Positions 24,034-33,498 of a DNA stretch of 39,394 bases are shown in pieces. Source of the DNA: an uncultured Clostridia bacterium (GTDB lineage: Bacteria > Bacillota > Clostridia > Oscillospirales > Acutalibacteraceae). Each line of letters begins with the position of its first letter. Position 1 is the stretch's first letter. The position numbers and the translations under genes were made by a program. The notes under the pieces were generated by a model. That model made no database searches, was not told the DNA's origin, and saw only the letters and a program-made list of their open reading frames with translations. Where the stretch lies: NCBI GenBank assembly GCA_946646305.1, contig CAMPCO010000001.1, forward strand, positions 1-39,394. The letters are read 5' to 3'.

Positions 24034-26286
24034 ATGTCGGCAAGACCTGATAAACAAATGACTGTAAGAGCGAATGTAACGCGCATAATAGCACTCGTGT
24101 GTCTTGTGGGTGTTTCTTTCGTAAGCCTTTTTAATGTTATGATTTTAAAGGGTGAAAAATATCAAAGCCTTGCTTCACAGCAACAGCTTTACGATAGTTT
24201 TATATCGGCGCCGAGGGGCGATATTTACGATTGCAATATGAACCTTCTTGCAACAAGCGCCACCGATTGGAATGTCTTTATAACGCCAAACGGTCTTAAA
24301 GGCCTAACCGAGGAGGAAGCGGAAAAAATCAGAAAAACGATTGCGACAGGCCTTTCGGAAATTTTAAGTATCAAATATGATGATGTTTATGAGGATACAA
24401 AAGAAAACGACTACTATGTAGTAATAAAAAAGCGCATAGGAAAAGAAGCCGCTGATAAAATCAGAAAATTTATATCGGATAATTCCGATTTGGAACTTAC
24501 AAAATACATAGGTCTTGATGAAACCACCAAGCGCTACTATCCAAACGATAGCCTTGCTTCTTCCGTTTTGGGCTTTGTAGGGGATGATAACCAAGGCCTT
24601 GCGGGAATTGAGAGTTATTATGACACAACCCTTACCGGCGTTGCGGGAAGAGTTGTTGCGGCAAAGAACGCCAAGGGAACCGATATGCCTTTTACCTATG
24701 AAAAGGTAGAGGAGGCAAAGCAGGGCAATTCACTTGTTTTAACCCTTGATTCTTATATTCAGTATGCTTGTGAAAAGTATCTTGATAACGCGGTTGAGCA
24801 GTTTGGCGCGGTTGAGCGCGGTGCCGCAATAGCGATGGATGTTAATACCGGTGAAATTCGCGGTATGGCGGTTGCGGGCGATTTTAACCCCAATGAGCCG
24901 TTCACCCTCTCTTCCGCCGACCAGGCAAAGGTTGATGCGGTCACCGATCCGGAAGAGAAAAAGGAATTAAGGTCCGAACTTTTAAGCCGCCAGTGGCGAA
25001 ACAAAGCCGTTTCCGATACATACGAACCCGGTTCGGTTTTCAAAATTTTCACCGCCGCTACCGCGGTTGAAGAAAAACTTGTAAACGATAACAGTACATT
25101 CACTTGTAACCACAGATATGTTGTTGCGGGAAATGTTTATAACTGCCACGAAAACATCGGCGGACACGGAATACAAACGATAATGCAGGCAATGGGTAAC
25201 TCCTGCAACCCTGCTTTTATACAAATAGGTCAGTTAATAGGTGTTAATCTTTTTTCAAAATATTTCAGGGCTTTCGGACTTACAGGCAAAACAGGAATTG
25301 ACCTTCCCGGCGAAGCAATGCCTAATTATCATAAGGAAGAGAATATGGGCCCTGTTGAGCTTGCATCTTCTTCATTTGGTCAGACATTTAATATTACACC
25401 CATTCAAATGATAACCCTCGCGGCTACAACCGTAAACGGCGGCTATCTTGTAAAGCCCCATATTGTAAGTAAAGAACTCGATAGCGAAGGTAACATTGTT
25501 AAAACTGTTTCCAATGATTATAAAAGACAGGTTATTTCAAAAGAGACATCCGAAAAGATGAGAACCTATCTTGAATATGTTGTTGAAAATAATGCTAAAA
25601 ACGGCAAGGTGGCGGGCTATCGCATAGGCGGTAAAACCGGTACATCGGAAAAAATTGCAGAGATGTTATCATCAGGTCAGCAAGGCCTTTATATCGGTTC
25701 TTATGTCGGAATAGCGCCGATTGATAACCCGCAAATCGCAGTTTTTGTTATGATAGACCAGCCGACCGGCGGCTCTTATTACGGCGGAACGATTTCCGCT
25801 CCTGCGGCTTCAATGATAATGGGCGATATATTGCCTTATATGGGCATAGAACCGCAATACAGTGAAGATGAACTTGAGAGGCTTTCGGTATCGGTTCCCG
25901 ATACGGTAGGTAAAGATACCGATACCGCAAAACAAATCATCCAAAATTCAAATCTTTCTTATAAAACTGTAGGCGAAGGCGGAAAGATAATTAAACAACT
26001 GCCCGAAGCCGGAAGCAGTGTATATAAGGGCGGAACAGTAATTCTTTATACCGATGATTCATCTTCCGGTAATACAACCGTTCCGAATTTCATAGGACTG
26101 ACTGCGGCAGAGGTTAATACCGCCGCCGCATCGGCAGAGGTAAATATTGTTTATTCCGGCTCAACAACATCATCCACCGCCAGGGCGGGAAGTCAGAGCA
26201 TATCCGCCGGAACAGCAGTTCAAAAGGGCGAAGTTGTAACCGTTTACTTTACGGAAGAAGCACAGCCCGATATTTCTACCGAATAA
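24034..26286 (+). CDS. Class B penicillin-binding protein (FtsI/PBP2B/SpoVD-like) with two C-terminal PASTA domains
   Basis: N-terminal TM anchor. Transpeptidase motifs SVFK (SxxK), SCN (SxN) and KTGT. Two PASTA-like repeats (VPDTVGKD... and VPNFIGLTAAE...). ATG 24034 preferred over TTG 23998. Confidence 0.9.
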   Translation: MSARPDKQMTVRANVTRIIALVCLVGVSFVSLFNVMILKGEKYQSLASQQQLYDSFISAPRGDIYDCNMNLLATSATDWNVFITPNGLKGLTEEEAEKIRKTIATGLSEILSIKYDDVYEDTKENDYYVVIKKRIGKEAADKIRKFISDNSDLELTKYIGLDETTKRYYPNDSLASSVLGFVGDDNQGLAGIESYYDTTLTGVAGRVVAAKNAKGTDMPFTYEKVEEAKQGNSLVLTLDSYIQYACEKYLDNAVEQFGAVERGAAIAMDVNTGEIRGMAVAGDFNPNEPFTLSSADQAKVDAVTDPEEKKELRSELLSRQWRNKAVSDTYEPGSVFKIFTAATAVEEKLVNDNSTFTCNHRYVVAGNVYNCHENIGGHGIQTIMQAMGNSCNPAFIQIGQLIGVNLFSKYFRAFGLTGKTGIDLPGEAMPNYHKEENMGPVELASSSFGQTFNITPIQMITLAATTVNGGYLVKPHIVSKELDSEGNIVKTVSNDYKRQVISKETSEKMRTYLEYVVENNAKNGKVAGYRIGGKTGTSEKIAEMLSSGQQGLYIGSYVGIAPIDNPQIAVFVMIDQPTGGSYYGGTISAPAASMIMGDILPYMGIEPQYSEDELERLSVSVPDTVGKDTDTAKQIIQNSNLSYKTVGEGGKIIKQLPEAGSSVYKGGTVILYTDDSSSGNTTVPNFIGLTAAEVNTAAASAEVNIVYSGSTTSSTARAGSQSISAGTAVQKGEVVTVYFTEEAQPDISTE

Positions 26287-26309
26287 GACAAAATTTTAAG
26301 GAGAAAACC

Positions 26310-27752
26310 ATGCTTTTTAAAGAGTTATTACCGCAGTATAAAGGAAACTTTGGCGAGTGCGATATAAAAAACATAACCGATGACTCAAGAAAAGTTACAA
26401 AGGGCAGTGTTTTTGTTTGCATCTGCGGCCCTGATAATGACGGTCATAATTTTGCCCATAAAGCGGTCGAGGCGGGTGCGACTGTTGTCGTTTGCGAAAA
26501 AGATTTAGGGCTTGAAAACCAGGTTATAGTTGAAGATACCCATGCCGCTCTTGCCCTTATGTGCTCAAAATGGTTTAATTCTCCGCAGGATAAACTTAAA
26601 ATAATAGGTGTTACGGGAACAAACGGAAAAACATCCGTTACCTATATGATAAAAAGCGCGCTCGAAAATGCCGGACATAAGGTCGGTCTTATAGGCACGA
26701 TATTCTATATGATAGGCGATAAAAAAATCGAGTCGCATAATACAACCCCCGGAATGTTCGAGCTTTATTCCTTGCTTTCCCAAATGGTTGAAAGCGGATG
26801 CGATATGGCGGTTATGGAGGTATCCTCTCATGCGCTCCACCAGCGCCGCGTTGAAGGACTTACCTTTGAAAGGGCGGTTTACACAAATCTTACGCAGGAT
26901 CACCTTGATTATCATAAAACTATGGAAAATTATCTTGCCGCCAAAAAACTGCTCTTTAAAAAATGCAAAAAAGCCATAATAAATATTGATGATAATTATT
27001 CAGAAGAACTGATAAAAGGCCTTGATTGCGATATAATAACCTATTCGCTCGGCAACAATTCCGATTACTCTGCAAAATCGATAAACTATAAGCCCACAGG
27101 TGTTGAATATGAACTGCTCGGCAATGATGTTTTGCAGCATATATCGGTAAATACCGGCGGAAAGTTTACGGTATATAATTCTCTTGCTTCGGCGGTATGT
27201 GCCATAAGCCTTGGCGAAAGCGCTGAAGATGTAAGCGCGGGGCTTTCAAATATCAAGGGTGTTAAGGGCAGGGCAGAGGTTGTCCCCTGTGATTTGGGCT
27301 TTACGGTGATAATAGACTATGCCCACACCCCCGATGGTTTAAAGAATATAATCTCCGCTTTTACCGATTGTGAAAAAAATCGCCTGACCGTGCTCTTTGG
27401 TTGCGGCGGCGACCGGGATAAAACCAAACGACCGATTATGGGCAATATCGCCGTTCATTATGCCGATAATGTTATTATCACAAGCGATAACCCGAGAAGC
27501 GAAGACCCCGAGGCCATAATAAAGGATATCCTTGAAGGCGTTAAAGGGTTCAGCACTCCGGTTAAAACAATAGTAAACAGACCCGAAGCAATTAAATACG
27601 CCCTTGAAAACGCAATGCCGGGTGATATTATAATACTTGCGGGGAAAGGCCACGAAACCTACCAGATTTTGGCAAGCGGTACCATCCATCTTGATGAACG
27701 CGAGGTAGTGGCAAAAGTAATAGAAGAGATTAAACAAAAAAGGAATTTGTAA
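26310..27752 (+). CDS. murE: UDP-N-acetylmuramoyl-L-alanyl-D-glutamate--2,6-diaminopimelate ligase
   Basis: Mur ligase P-loop GVTGTNGKTS and the DNPR motif (ITSDNPRSEDP) associated with meso-DAP-adding MurE. AAGGAGA RBS. Confidence 0.9.
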   Translation: MLFKELLPQYKGNFGECDIKNITDDSRKVTKGSVFVCICGPDNDGHNFAHKAVEAGATVVVCEKDLGLENQVIVEDTHAALALMCSKWFNSPQDKLKIIGVTGTNGKTSVTYMIKSALENAGHKVGLIGTIFYMIGDKKIESHNTTPGMFELYSLLSQMVESGCDMAVMEVSSHALHQRRVEGLTFERAVYTNLTQDHLDYHKTMENYLAAKKLLFKKCKKAIINIDDNYSEELIKGLDCDIITYSLGNNSDYSAKSINYKPTGVEYELLGNDVLQHISVNTGGKFTVYNSLASAVCAISLGESAEDVSAGLSNIKGVKGRAEVVPCDLGFTVIIDYAHTPDGLKNIISAFTDCEKNRLTVLFGCGGDRDKTKRPIMGNIAVHYADNVIITSDNPRSEDPEAIIKDILEGVKGFSTPVKTIVNRPEAIKYALENAMPGDIIILAGKGHETYQILASGTIHLDEREVVAKVIEEIKQKRNL

Positions 27753-27753
27753 A

Positions 27754-28776
27754 ATGGATAAATATGTTACCATAATTGCGGCTGTTGTATCTTTTGCCGT
27801 AACATCACTTTTGGGATTTATTGTAATACCTTATCTCAGAAAGTTAAAATTCGGGCAAACTATTCTTGAAATAGGCCCTAAATGGCACGAAAAGAAACAG
27901 GGAACACCGACAATGGGCGGAATAATGATTATGCTCGGCGTTATATTCTCGTTTGCGATTGCTTTTTGTGTCTCTGCGGCATTTAAAGGCTCGCTTTATA
28001 TGGAGTTTAAAGCCAACAATCGCCTCGTAACAATGCTTTCCGGCATAATAATGGCACTTCTTATGGGGGCTATTGGCTTTTTCGATGATTATATCAAGGT
28101 TGTAAAAAAACGCAACTTAGGTCTTACCGCAAGACAAAAGACATTTTTGCAGTTGCTTGTTTCCGCCGCTTATCTTGCAACACTCGCGCTTGGCGGAATG
28201 AATGAAACTTATATTCCGTTTGTGGGAAATGTAAACATTGTAAAAGGCGCGGGACTTATTTTCTGGCCGATAGCGCTAATGTTTATTTACGGCTTTACAA
28301 ATGCCGTCAATCTTACCGATGGACTTGATGGCCTCGCTTCCGGGGTAACCCTCGTGGTGGCTTGTGCATTTATGCTTGCAAGCGGTTTTTTAAATCTATC
28401 TGCACCCAATGCGCTTTCTGCGTCTCTTGCGGGTGCTTGTGCCGGCTTTATAGTTTGGAATGCAAAACCCGCCAAGGTCTTTATGGGAGATACCGGCTCG
28501 ATGTTTTTAGGCGGAATGGTGGTTGCCCTTTCTTTTGCGATAAATCGCCCTGTTTTGCTAATTATTATGGGCGGTGTTTATCTTATGGAAGCGCTTTCTG
28601 TTATTATTCAGGTTGCATATTTTAAAAAGACAAAAAAGCGTATTTTTAAGATGGCTCCCATCCATCACCATTTTGAAATGAGCGGTTTTTCCGAAGAAAA
28701 GATAGTTTTCCTTTTCTCGCTTGTATCGTTTGTGCTTTGCTTTGTAGCACTTCTCAGCATTATCTTTTCGTGGTGA
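27754..28776 (+). CDS. mraY: Phospho-N-acetylmuramoyl-pentapeptide transferase
   Basis: Polytopic protein with NAVNLTDGLDGLA, VFMGDTGS and APIHHHFE motifs. Confidence 0.95.
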   Translation: MDKYVTIIAAVVSFAVTSLLGFIVIPYLRKLKFGQTILEIGPKWHEKKQGTPTMGGIMIMLGVIFSFAIAFCVSAAFKGSLYMEFKANNRLVTMLSGIIMALLMGAIGFFDDYIKVVKKRNLGLTARQKTFLQLLVSAAYLATLALGGMNETYIPFVGNVNIVKGAGLIFWPIALMFIYGFTNAVNLTDGLDGLASGVTLVVACAFMLASGFLNLSAPNALSASLAGACAGFIVWNAKPAKVFMGDTGSMFLGGMVVALSFAINRPVLLIIMGGVYLMEALSVIIQVAYFKKTKKRIFKMAPIHHHFEMSGFSEEKIVFLFSLVSFVLCFVALLSIIFSW

Positions 28777-28779
28777 TAT

Positions 28780-28983
28780 ATGAGAATTCTTCAAATAATA
28801 GAAATAGTTTTAATTCTTATTTTGTTTTGTGTCGGAATAAATACGGTAATCATTTTTAAGAAAAATGGGGAAGATCCGATAGAAAAAATAAAAAAGCCCC
28901 TTATTATTCGAATTGATATAATAATGGCGCTTACAATAATTATAGGTGTTTTAACAATTATAAATATTATTTTAAACAGATAA
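28780..28983 (+). CDS. Hypothetical 67-aa two-TM membrane protein, very A/T-rich
   Basis: ORF-track ORF. Two hydrophobic segments flank a charged loop (KKNGEDPIEKIKKP). Sits between mraY and ftsW. Only a weak SD (GGTGA). 47 G+C out of 204 nt by hand count. Confidence 0.5.
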   Translation: MRILQIIEIVLILILFCVGINTVIIFKKNGEDPIEKIKKPLIIRIDIIMALTIIIGVLTIINIILNR

Positions 28984-28999
28984 ACAAGGAGGTAATAAT

Positions 29000-30145
29000 A
29001 TGCCGGAAAAAGCCGAAAGACGCAAGCGCGGTATGTTTATAAAAGGCGGCCGCTTAGATATTACCTTTTTGTCTTTTGTACTGATACTTCTTACAATAGG
29101 ACTTGTAATGCTTTTTTCTGCAAGCTATGCTTACAGTCTTGAATATTACGGTTCAAGCTATAAGTTTATAACCCAGCAGTTGTTATTCGCATTGGTCGGC
29201 CTTGTCGCTATGTATGCATTATCCCGAATTGATTACCATTTTTGGCGAAAGTTTGCGGTTTTTCTTTATATAGCAACTCTGGTTGTTTTGGCGGCGCTGC
29301 TTATTATGCCGCCGATGATACCGGGACTTGATGTTAAACGCTGGCTTGTTATCGGCTCTTTCAGCTTCCAGCCATCGGAAATTGCCAAGTTTGCGGTAAT
29401 ACTTCTTTTCTCGTCGGTAATCTCTGCAAACTATAAAAAGATGGGCGAAATTAAGTTTGTTTTGTTTCTAGCAGTTCTTTTGGCATTGCCTTGCGGACTT
29501 ATTGTTTTAGAACCTCATCTTTCCGCCACCATTCTTGTTTTTGCAATAGGAATTGTTTTAATGGTAATAGGCGGTATAAAGAAAAAAATAATAGTATTAG
29601 GCGGGGGAGCAGCAGTAGGGCTTGTCGGTGTCGCCATTGTTTCGGGTGTTATCAGTTACGGCTCTGACCGTATTAAATATTGGCTTAACCCCTGGCTTGA
29701 CCCGGCAGGCAAAGGCTTTCAAACAATTCAATCGCTTTTGGCAATAGGCTCCGGCGGTATACTCGGCCGCGGCTTTGGTCAATCAAGACAAAAATACCTT
29801 TGGGTGCCTGAACCGCATAATGATTTTATCTTTTCAATAGTTTGCGAAGAGTTAGGGCTTATCGGCGCAATGGTAATTATAATTCTGTTTGCATTACTTG
29901 TTTGGCGCGGATTTACAATCGCAATGCACGCGCCCGATAAATTCGGCTCGCTCCTCGCAGTGGGACTGACGGTGCAGGTCGGTATTCAGGCAATACTCAA
30001 TATCTGGGTTGTAACAAATACAATGCCGAATACGGGCATCAGTCTTCCGTTTTTCAGTTACGGCGGAACATCACTCTTTATGCTGCTTGCCGAAATGGGG
30101 ATAGTTTTATCGGTTTCAAGAAGCAGTGCGATAGAAAAAACATAA
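29000..30145 (+). CDS. ftsW: SEDS-family peptidoglycan glycosyltransferase FtsW/SpoVE
   Basis: Ten-TM-like profile and conserved SEDS segments (PSEIAKF, LEPHLSAT, QSLLAIGSGGILGRGFGQS, PEPHNDFIFS, LPFFSYGGTS). AAGGAGG RBS. Confidence 0.9.
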   Translation: MPEKAERRKRGMFIKGGRLDITFLSFVLILLTIGLVMLFSASYAYSLEYYGSSYKFITQQLLFALVGLVAMYALSRIDYHFWRKFAVFLYIATLVVLAALLIMPPMIPGLDVKRWLVIGSFSFQPSEIAKFAVILLFSSVISANYKKMGEIKFVLFLAVLLALPCGLIVLEPHLSATILVFAIGIVLMVIGGIKKKIIVLGGGAAVGLVGVAIVSGVISYGSDRIKYWLNPWLDPAGKGFQTIQSLLAIGSGGILGRGFGQSRQKYLWVPEPHNDFIFSIVCEELGLIGAMVIIILFALLVWRGFTIAMHAPDKFGSLLAVGLTVQVGIQAILNIWVVTNTMPNTGISLPFFSYGGTSLFMLLAEMGIVLSVSRSSAIEKT

Positions 30146-30165
30146 GAAAACAAAGGGGAATTATA

Positions 30166-31281
30166 ATGCATATTCTTTTTGCGGGCGGCGGTACTGCCGG
30201 TCATATCAACCCGGCGCTTGCCATAGCAGGGTATATAAGGGAAAAACATCCCGATGCAAGAATAAGTTATATCGGAACACGCGATAAATTAGAAGCAAAA
30301 TTAGTCCCCGAAAAGGGTTATAATTTCAGAACGATAGATATAGCCGGGTTTAAACGCAGTTTTTCTCCTTCTGCAGTTATATATAATTTAAAGGTTGCAA
30401 GAAAAGCGGTTACATCCTCTATGACCGCTAAAAAAATTCTTAAGGAATTATCGCCCGATTTGGTTATCGGAACAGGCGGCTATGTAAGCGGACCTGTTTT
30501 GCGCGAAGCCGCGAAGATGGGCTTTAAAACCATTATTCATGAACAAAATGCCTACCCCGGTGTTACAACCAAAATGCTATCCGATAAGGTGGATAGGGTT
30601 TTGCTGGCAATGCCACAGGCAGAAAAATATTTAAAATGCAAAAATGCCCCGATTATAGTGGGCAACCCCGTAAGAAGAGAACTCCTCCTTTCAGACAAAA
30701 AGTCTGCAAGGAAAAAACTCGGACTTGATAAAAGACCGCTTATACTTTCCTTTGGCGGCTCTTTGGGTGCAAGACCGATAAATGAAGCGGTAGAAGAACT
30801 TATAAAATGGCATAACGGCACAGGTAAATATTATCATATTCATGCAACAGGAAAAAACGGTTATAAAACAATGATGGAGCGCCTGAAAAACGATAATATA
30901 ACCTTATCGCCTGAGATTGAAATAAGAGAATATATATCCGATATGGATATCTGCCTTGCGGCGGCTGATATTGTCATTTGCCGCGCAGGAGCTATAACAC
31001 TTAGTGAATTAGAGGCTTGCAGAAAGCCTGCAATACTCATCCCGTCACCTTATGTTGCCGAAAATCATCAGTATCATAATGCTATGACTCTAAAGCAGGC
31101 GGGAGCCGCAGAGGTAATAGAAGAAAAAGATTTGAATAAAAATACAATAATATCCGCGGTATCGGAACTTTTGTCAGATAAAAACAAACTACTTGAAATG
31201 CAAAAGGCTGATGAAAAAATAGCAATAACCGATTCAAATGAAAGAATTTACGCGGTAATAGAAGAACTTTTGGCAAAATAA
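30166..31281 (+). CDS. murG: Undecaprenyldiphospho-muramoylpentapeptide beta-N-acetylglucosaminyltransferase
   Basis: GGGTAGHINPALA N-terminal G-loop, FGGSLGA, and C-terminal RAGAITLSEL...PAILIP. Confidence 0.95.
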   Translation: MHILFAGGGTAGHINPALAIAGYIREKHPDARISYIGTRDKLEAKLVPEKGYNFRTIDIAGFKRSFSPSAVIYNLKVARKAVTSSMTAKKILKELSPDLVIGTGGYVSGPVLREAAKMGFKTIIHEQNAYPGVTTKMLSDKVDRVLLAMPQAEKYLKCKNAPIIVGNPVRRELLLSDKKSARKKLGLDKRPLILSFGGSLGARPINEAVEELIKWHNGTGKYYHIHATGKNGYKTMMERLKNDNITLSPEIEIREYISDMDICLAAADIVICRAGAITLSELEACRKPAILIPSPYVAENHQYHNAMTLKQAGAAEVIEEKDLNKNTIISAVSELLSDKNKLLEMQKADEKIAITDSNERIYAVIEELLAK

Positions 31282-31348
31282 TGGCAAAAATCATACGATT
31301 GCATAGTATGAAATATGTTTCAAACTATTGCATGAAAGGTATGATTTT

Positions 31349-32602
31349 ATGCCTAAAATGATTATAACGGGCGGAAAAACTTTAAATGGAGATGTTTTCA
31401 TTTCCGGCGCAAAAAACAGTGTTTTGCCACTTCTTGCGGCAACCTTGCTCTGTGATGGCGAGGTAAAGCTTTATAACTGCCCTGATATTTCAGATGTTGA
31501 AAACTCGTTACATATTTTAAATTCGCTCGGTATCGAAACTGCTTTTAAGGATGATTGTATTACTGTAAACGGAAGAATGCCGATAAATACGACAATCAGT
31601 GAGAATATGATGCGTAAAATGCGCTCGTCGGTTGTTTTTGTCGGCAGTATTTTAGCCCGTAGGGGAAAAGCCGTTATCAGTACACCGGGCGGTTGCGAAT
31701 TAGGGCCGAGACCCATTGATATTCATATAGATGTTTTAAAGAGTCTTGGCGCTACCGTAACAGAAGACCGCGGTAAAATGCTTTTTACCGCAGAAAACGG
31801 GCTTAAAGGTAACACGATTGATCTTAAACTGCCGAGTGTCGGCGCAACCGAAACGGCAATTCTTGCAGCTGTAACGGCACAAGGCACTACTGTAATCAAT
31901 AATGCCGCAAGAGAACCGGAAATCGGCGATCTTATAGATTTTTTAAATAAAGCCGGCGCCGATATTATCGGTAAAAACAGCAGTACAATAACTATTAAAG
32001 GCGTTAATAAACTAAACGGTGTAAGCCACCGCGTAATACCCGATAGGATAGAGGCGGCAACCTTTATGGCGGCGGTAGGCTCTGCCTCGGGTAGTATTAC
32101 ACTGCATAATGTAATTCCGGCACATTTAGAAAGTGTCACCGAGGTTTTAACCCGTGCGGGATGCAAAATAACGGCGGGGGATAACACCCTTGACATCACA
32201 GCGCCAAAGAGCCTTAAATCGGTGTGCTTTATAAAAAGCCTGCCTTATCCGTCATTCCCGACCGATGCAGGACCTATGATTTGCGCGGCGCTATCTAAGG
32301 CAGAGGGTAATTCTGTTTTTTGCGAGGGAATATTTGAAAACCGGTTTAGATACATCTCAGAACTTATAAAAATGGGCGCCGATATAAAGATTGAGGGCAA
32401 CATTGCGGTAATAAACGGAAAACCGCTTTTCGGCGCCGAATGTAAGTCTTTTGATTTGCGCGGCGGAGCGGCGGTGGTTGTTGCGGCGCTCGGCGCTCGC
32501 GGTACAACGGTTTTAAGCAATATAGAATATTTAAACCGCGGATATGATAATTTATCAGAAAAACTTGCCCTTATAGGTGCGGATATTTATATAAAGGAGT
32601 AA
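31349..32602 (+). CDS. murA: UDP-N-acetylglucosamine 1-carboxyvinyltransferase
   Basis: ISGAKNSVLPLLAATLL N-terminus. Active-site loop PGGCELGPRPID with the catalytic Cys present. ATG 31349 chosen (AAAGG RBS 9 nt upstream) over TTG 31328. Confidence 0.9.
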   Translation: MPKMIITGGKTLNGDVFISGAKNSVLPLLAATLLCDGEVKLYNCPDISDVENSLHILNSLGIETAFKDDCITVNGRMPINTTISENMMRKMRSSVVFVGSILARRGKAVISTPGGCELGPRPIDIHIDVLKSLGATVTEDRGKMLFTAENGLKGNTIDLKLPSVGATETAILAAVTAQGTTVINNAAREPEIGDLIDFLNKAGADIIGKNSSTITIKGVNKLNGVSHRVIPDRIEAATFMAAVGSASGSITLHNVIPAHLESVTEVLTRAGCKITAGDNTLDITAPKSLKSVCFIKSLPYPSFPTDAGPMICAALSKAEGNSVFCEGIFENRFRYISELIKMGADIKIEGNIAVINGKPLFGAECKSFDLRGGAAVVVAALGARGTTVLSNIEYLNRGYDNLSEKLALIGADIYIKE

Positions 32603-32606
32603 AAGG

Positions 32607-33377
32607 ATGCCGAAAAACGATGAATTTGAAGCCAGAAGAAGATCTCGCCAAAGGGAAATAAAACGCAAAAGAAGAAAAAGAAACTTTGTGGTTTTTTGTT
32701 TTTTTCTCGTTGTGACCCTTGTTGTTTTATGCTTTACCGTGTTTTTTAAAGTTGAAACGGTAAAGGTAACAGGCAGTGATATTTATTCAGAAGAGCAGAT
32801 ATCATCGGCATCGGGAATAACAGGGCAAAATATGTTCCGGTTATCCGCATCAAAGGTAGAAGATAAAATAAGAGAAACACTGCCGTATGTCGACTCTGTT
32901 AAAATAAACAGAAAAATTCCTCATACCGTAAAGCTTACGGTAGAGGATGCGGCGCCGTACTCATATTATATAAATAATGGTAAGTGTTATATAGCAAGTA
33001 AAAAAGGTTATGTTTTGGAAGAGTCTTCCGCAGGAGCTAATGAGCTTATCCGAATAGAATGCAGCAAAGCGGTTTGTAATGTAGGTAAAAAGGTTACGAT
33101 AGTTTCCAAAAAAGAACAAAAACTTGTAGATGAACTATTAACTGTTTTAGAGGATAGGGATATTCCGATAACCGCAATAGATGTCAGAAATCCCGCGGCA
33201 ATAAAAATAAATGTCGGCAATCGGTTTGAAATAAACCTCGGCACCAAAGATTATCTTACCAAAAAAATTGCCCATTTAAAAGGGATGTTAGGATCTATTG
33301 AACCCGATAAAAAAGGCACTATTGACCTTAGTATGTGGACCCCTGAAAACAGTCAGGGAAGCTTCATAAAAAAATAA
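32607..33377 (+). CDS. ftsQ: Cell-division protein FtsQ/DivIB (POTRA-containing)
   Basis: Basic N-terminus, single TM segment, then a POTRA-like segment (KVETVKVTGSDIYSEEQI). Position between the mur genes and ftsZ. Confidence 0.8.
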   Translation: MPKNDEFEARRRSRQREIKRKRRKRNFVVFCFFLVVTLVVLCFTVFFKVETVKVTGSDIYSEEQISSASGITGQNMFRLSASKVEDKIRETLPYVDSVKINRKIPHTVKLTVEDAAPYSYYINNGKCYIASKKGYVLEESSAGANELIRIECSKAVCNVGKKVTIVSKKEQKLVDELLTVLEDRDIPITAIDVRNPAAIKINVGNRFEINLGTKDYLTKKIAHLKGMLGSIEPDKKGTIDLSMWTPENSQGSFIKK

Positions 33378-33411
33378 TTGAAAAAAAGTTACAATTTTGT
33401 AATAAAAAATC

Positions 33412-33440
33412 TTGCAATTTGAAAATATATGTGCTAATAT
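33412..33440 (+). promoter_or_regulatory. Putative ftsZ-proximal promoter
   Basis: -35 TTGCAA (33412-33417), 17-bp spacer, extended -10 TGcTAATAT (33432-33440). Confidence 0.5.
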
Positions 33441-33498
33441 AAATTTACGCACTTAAAAATAAAGGATAAAAATAAATAAAAAAGACGGAGGAAAAGCA

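Noticed and set aside
31301-31310. The 10-mer GCATAGTATG upstream of murA recurs (reverse strand of 34792-34801) about 30 nt upstream of the Cys-rich sORF. It resembles CATA-type -10 elements of sporulation sigma factors.
   Set aside because: A repeated 10-mer is expected many times by chance in about 79 kb of two-strand sequence, and I could not find a convincing matching -35 at either site. I keep it only as a hint that could be tested by TSS mapping.
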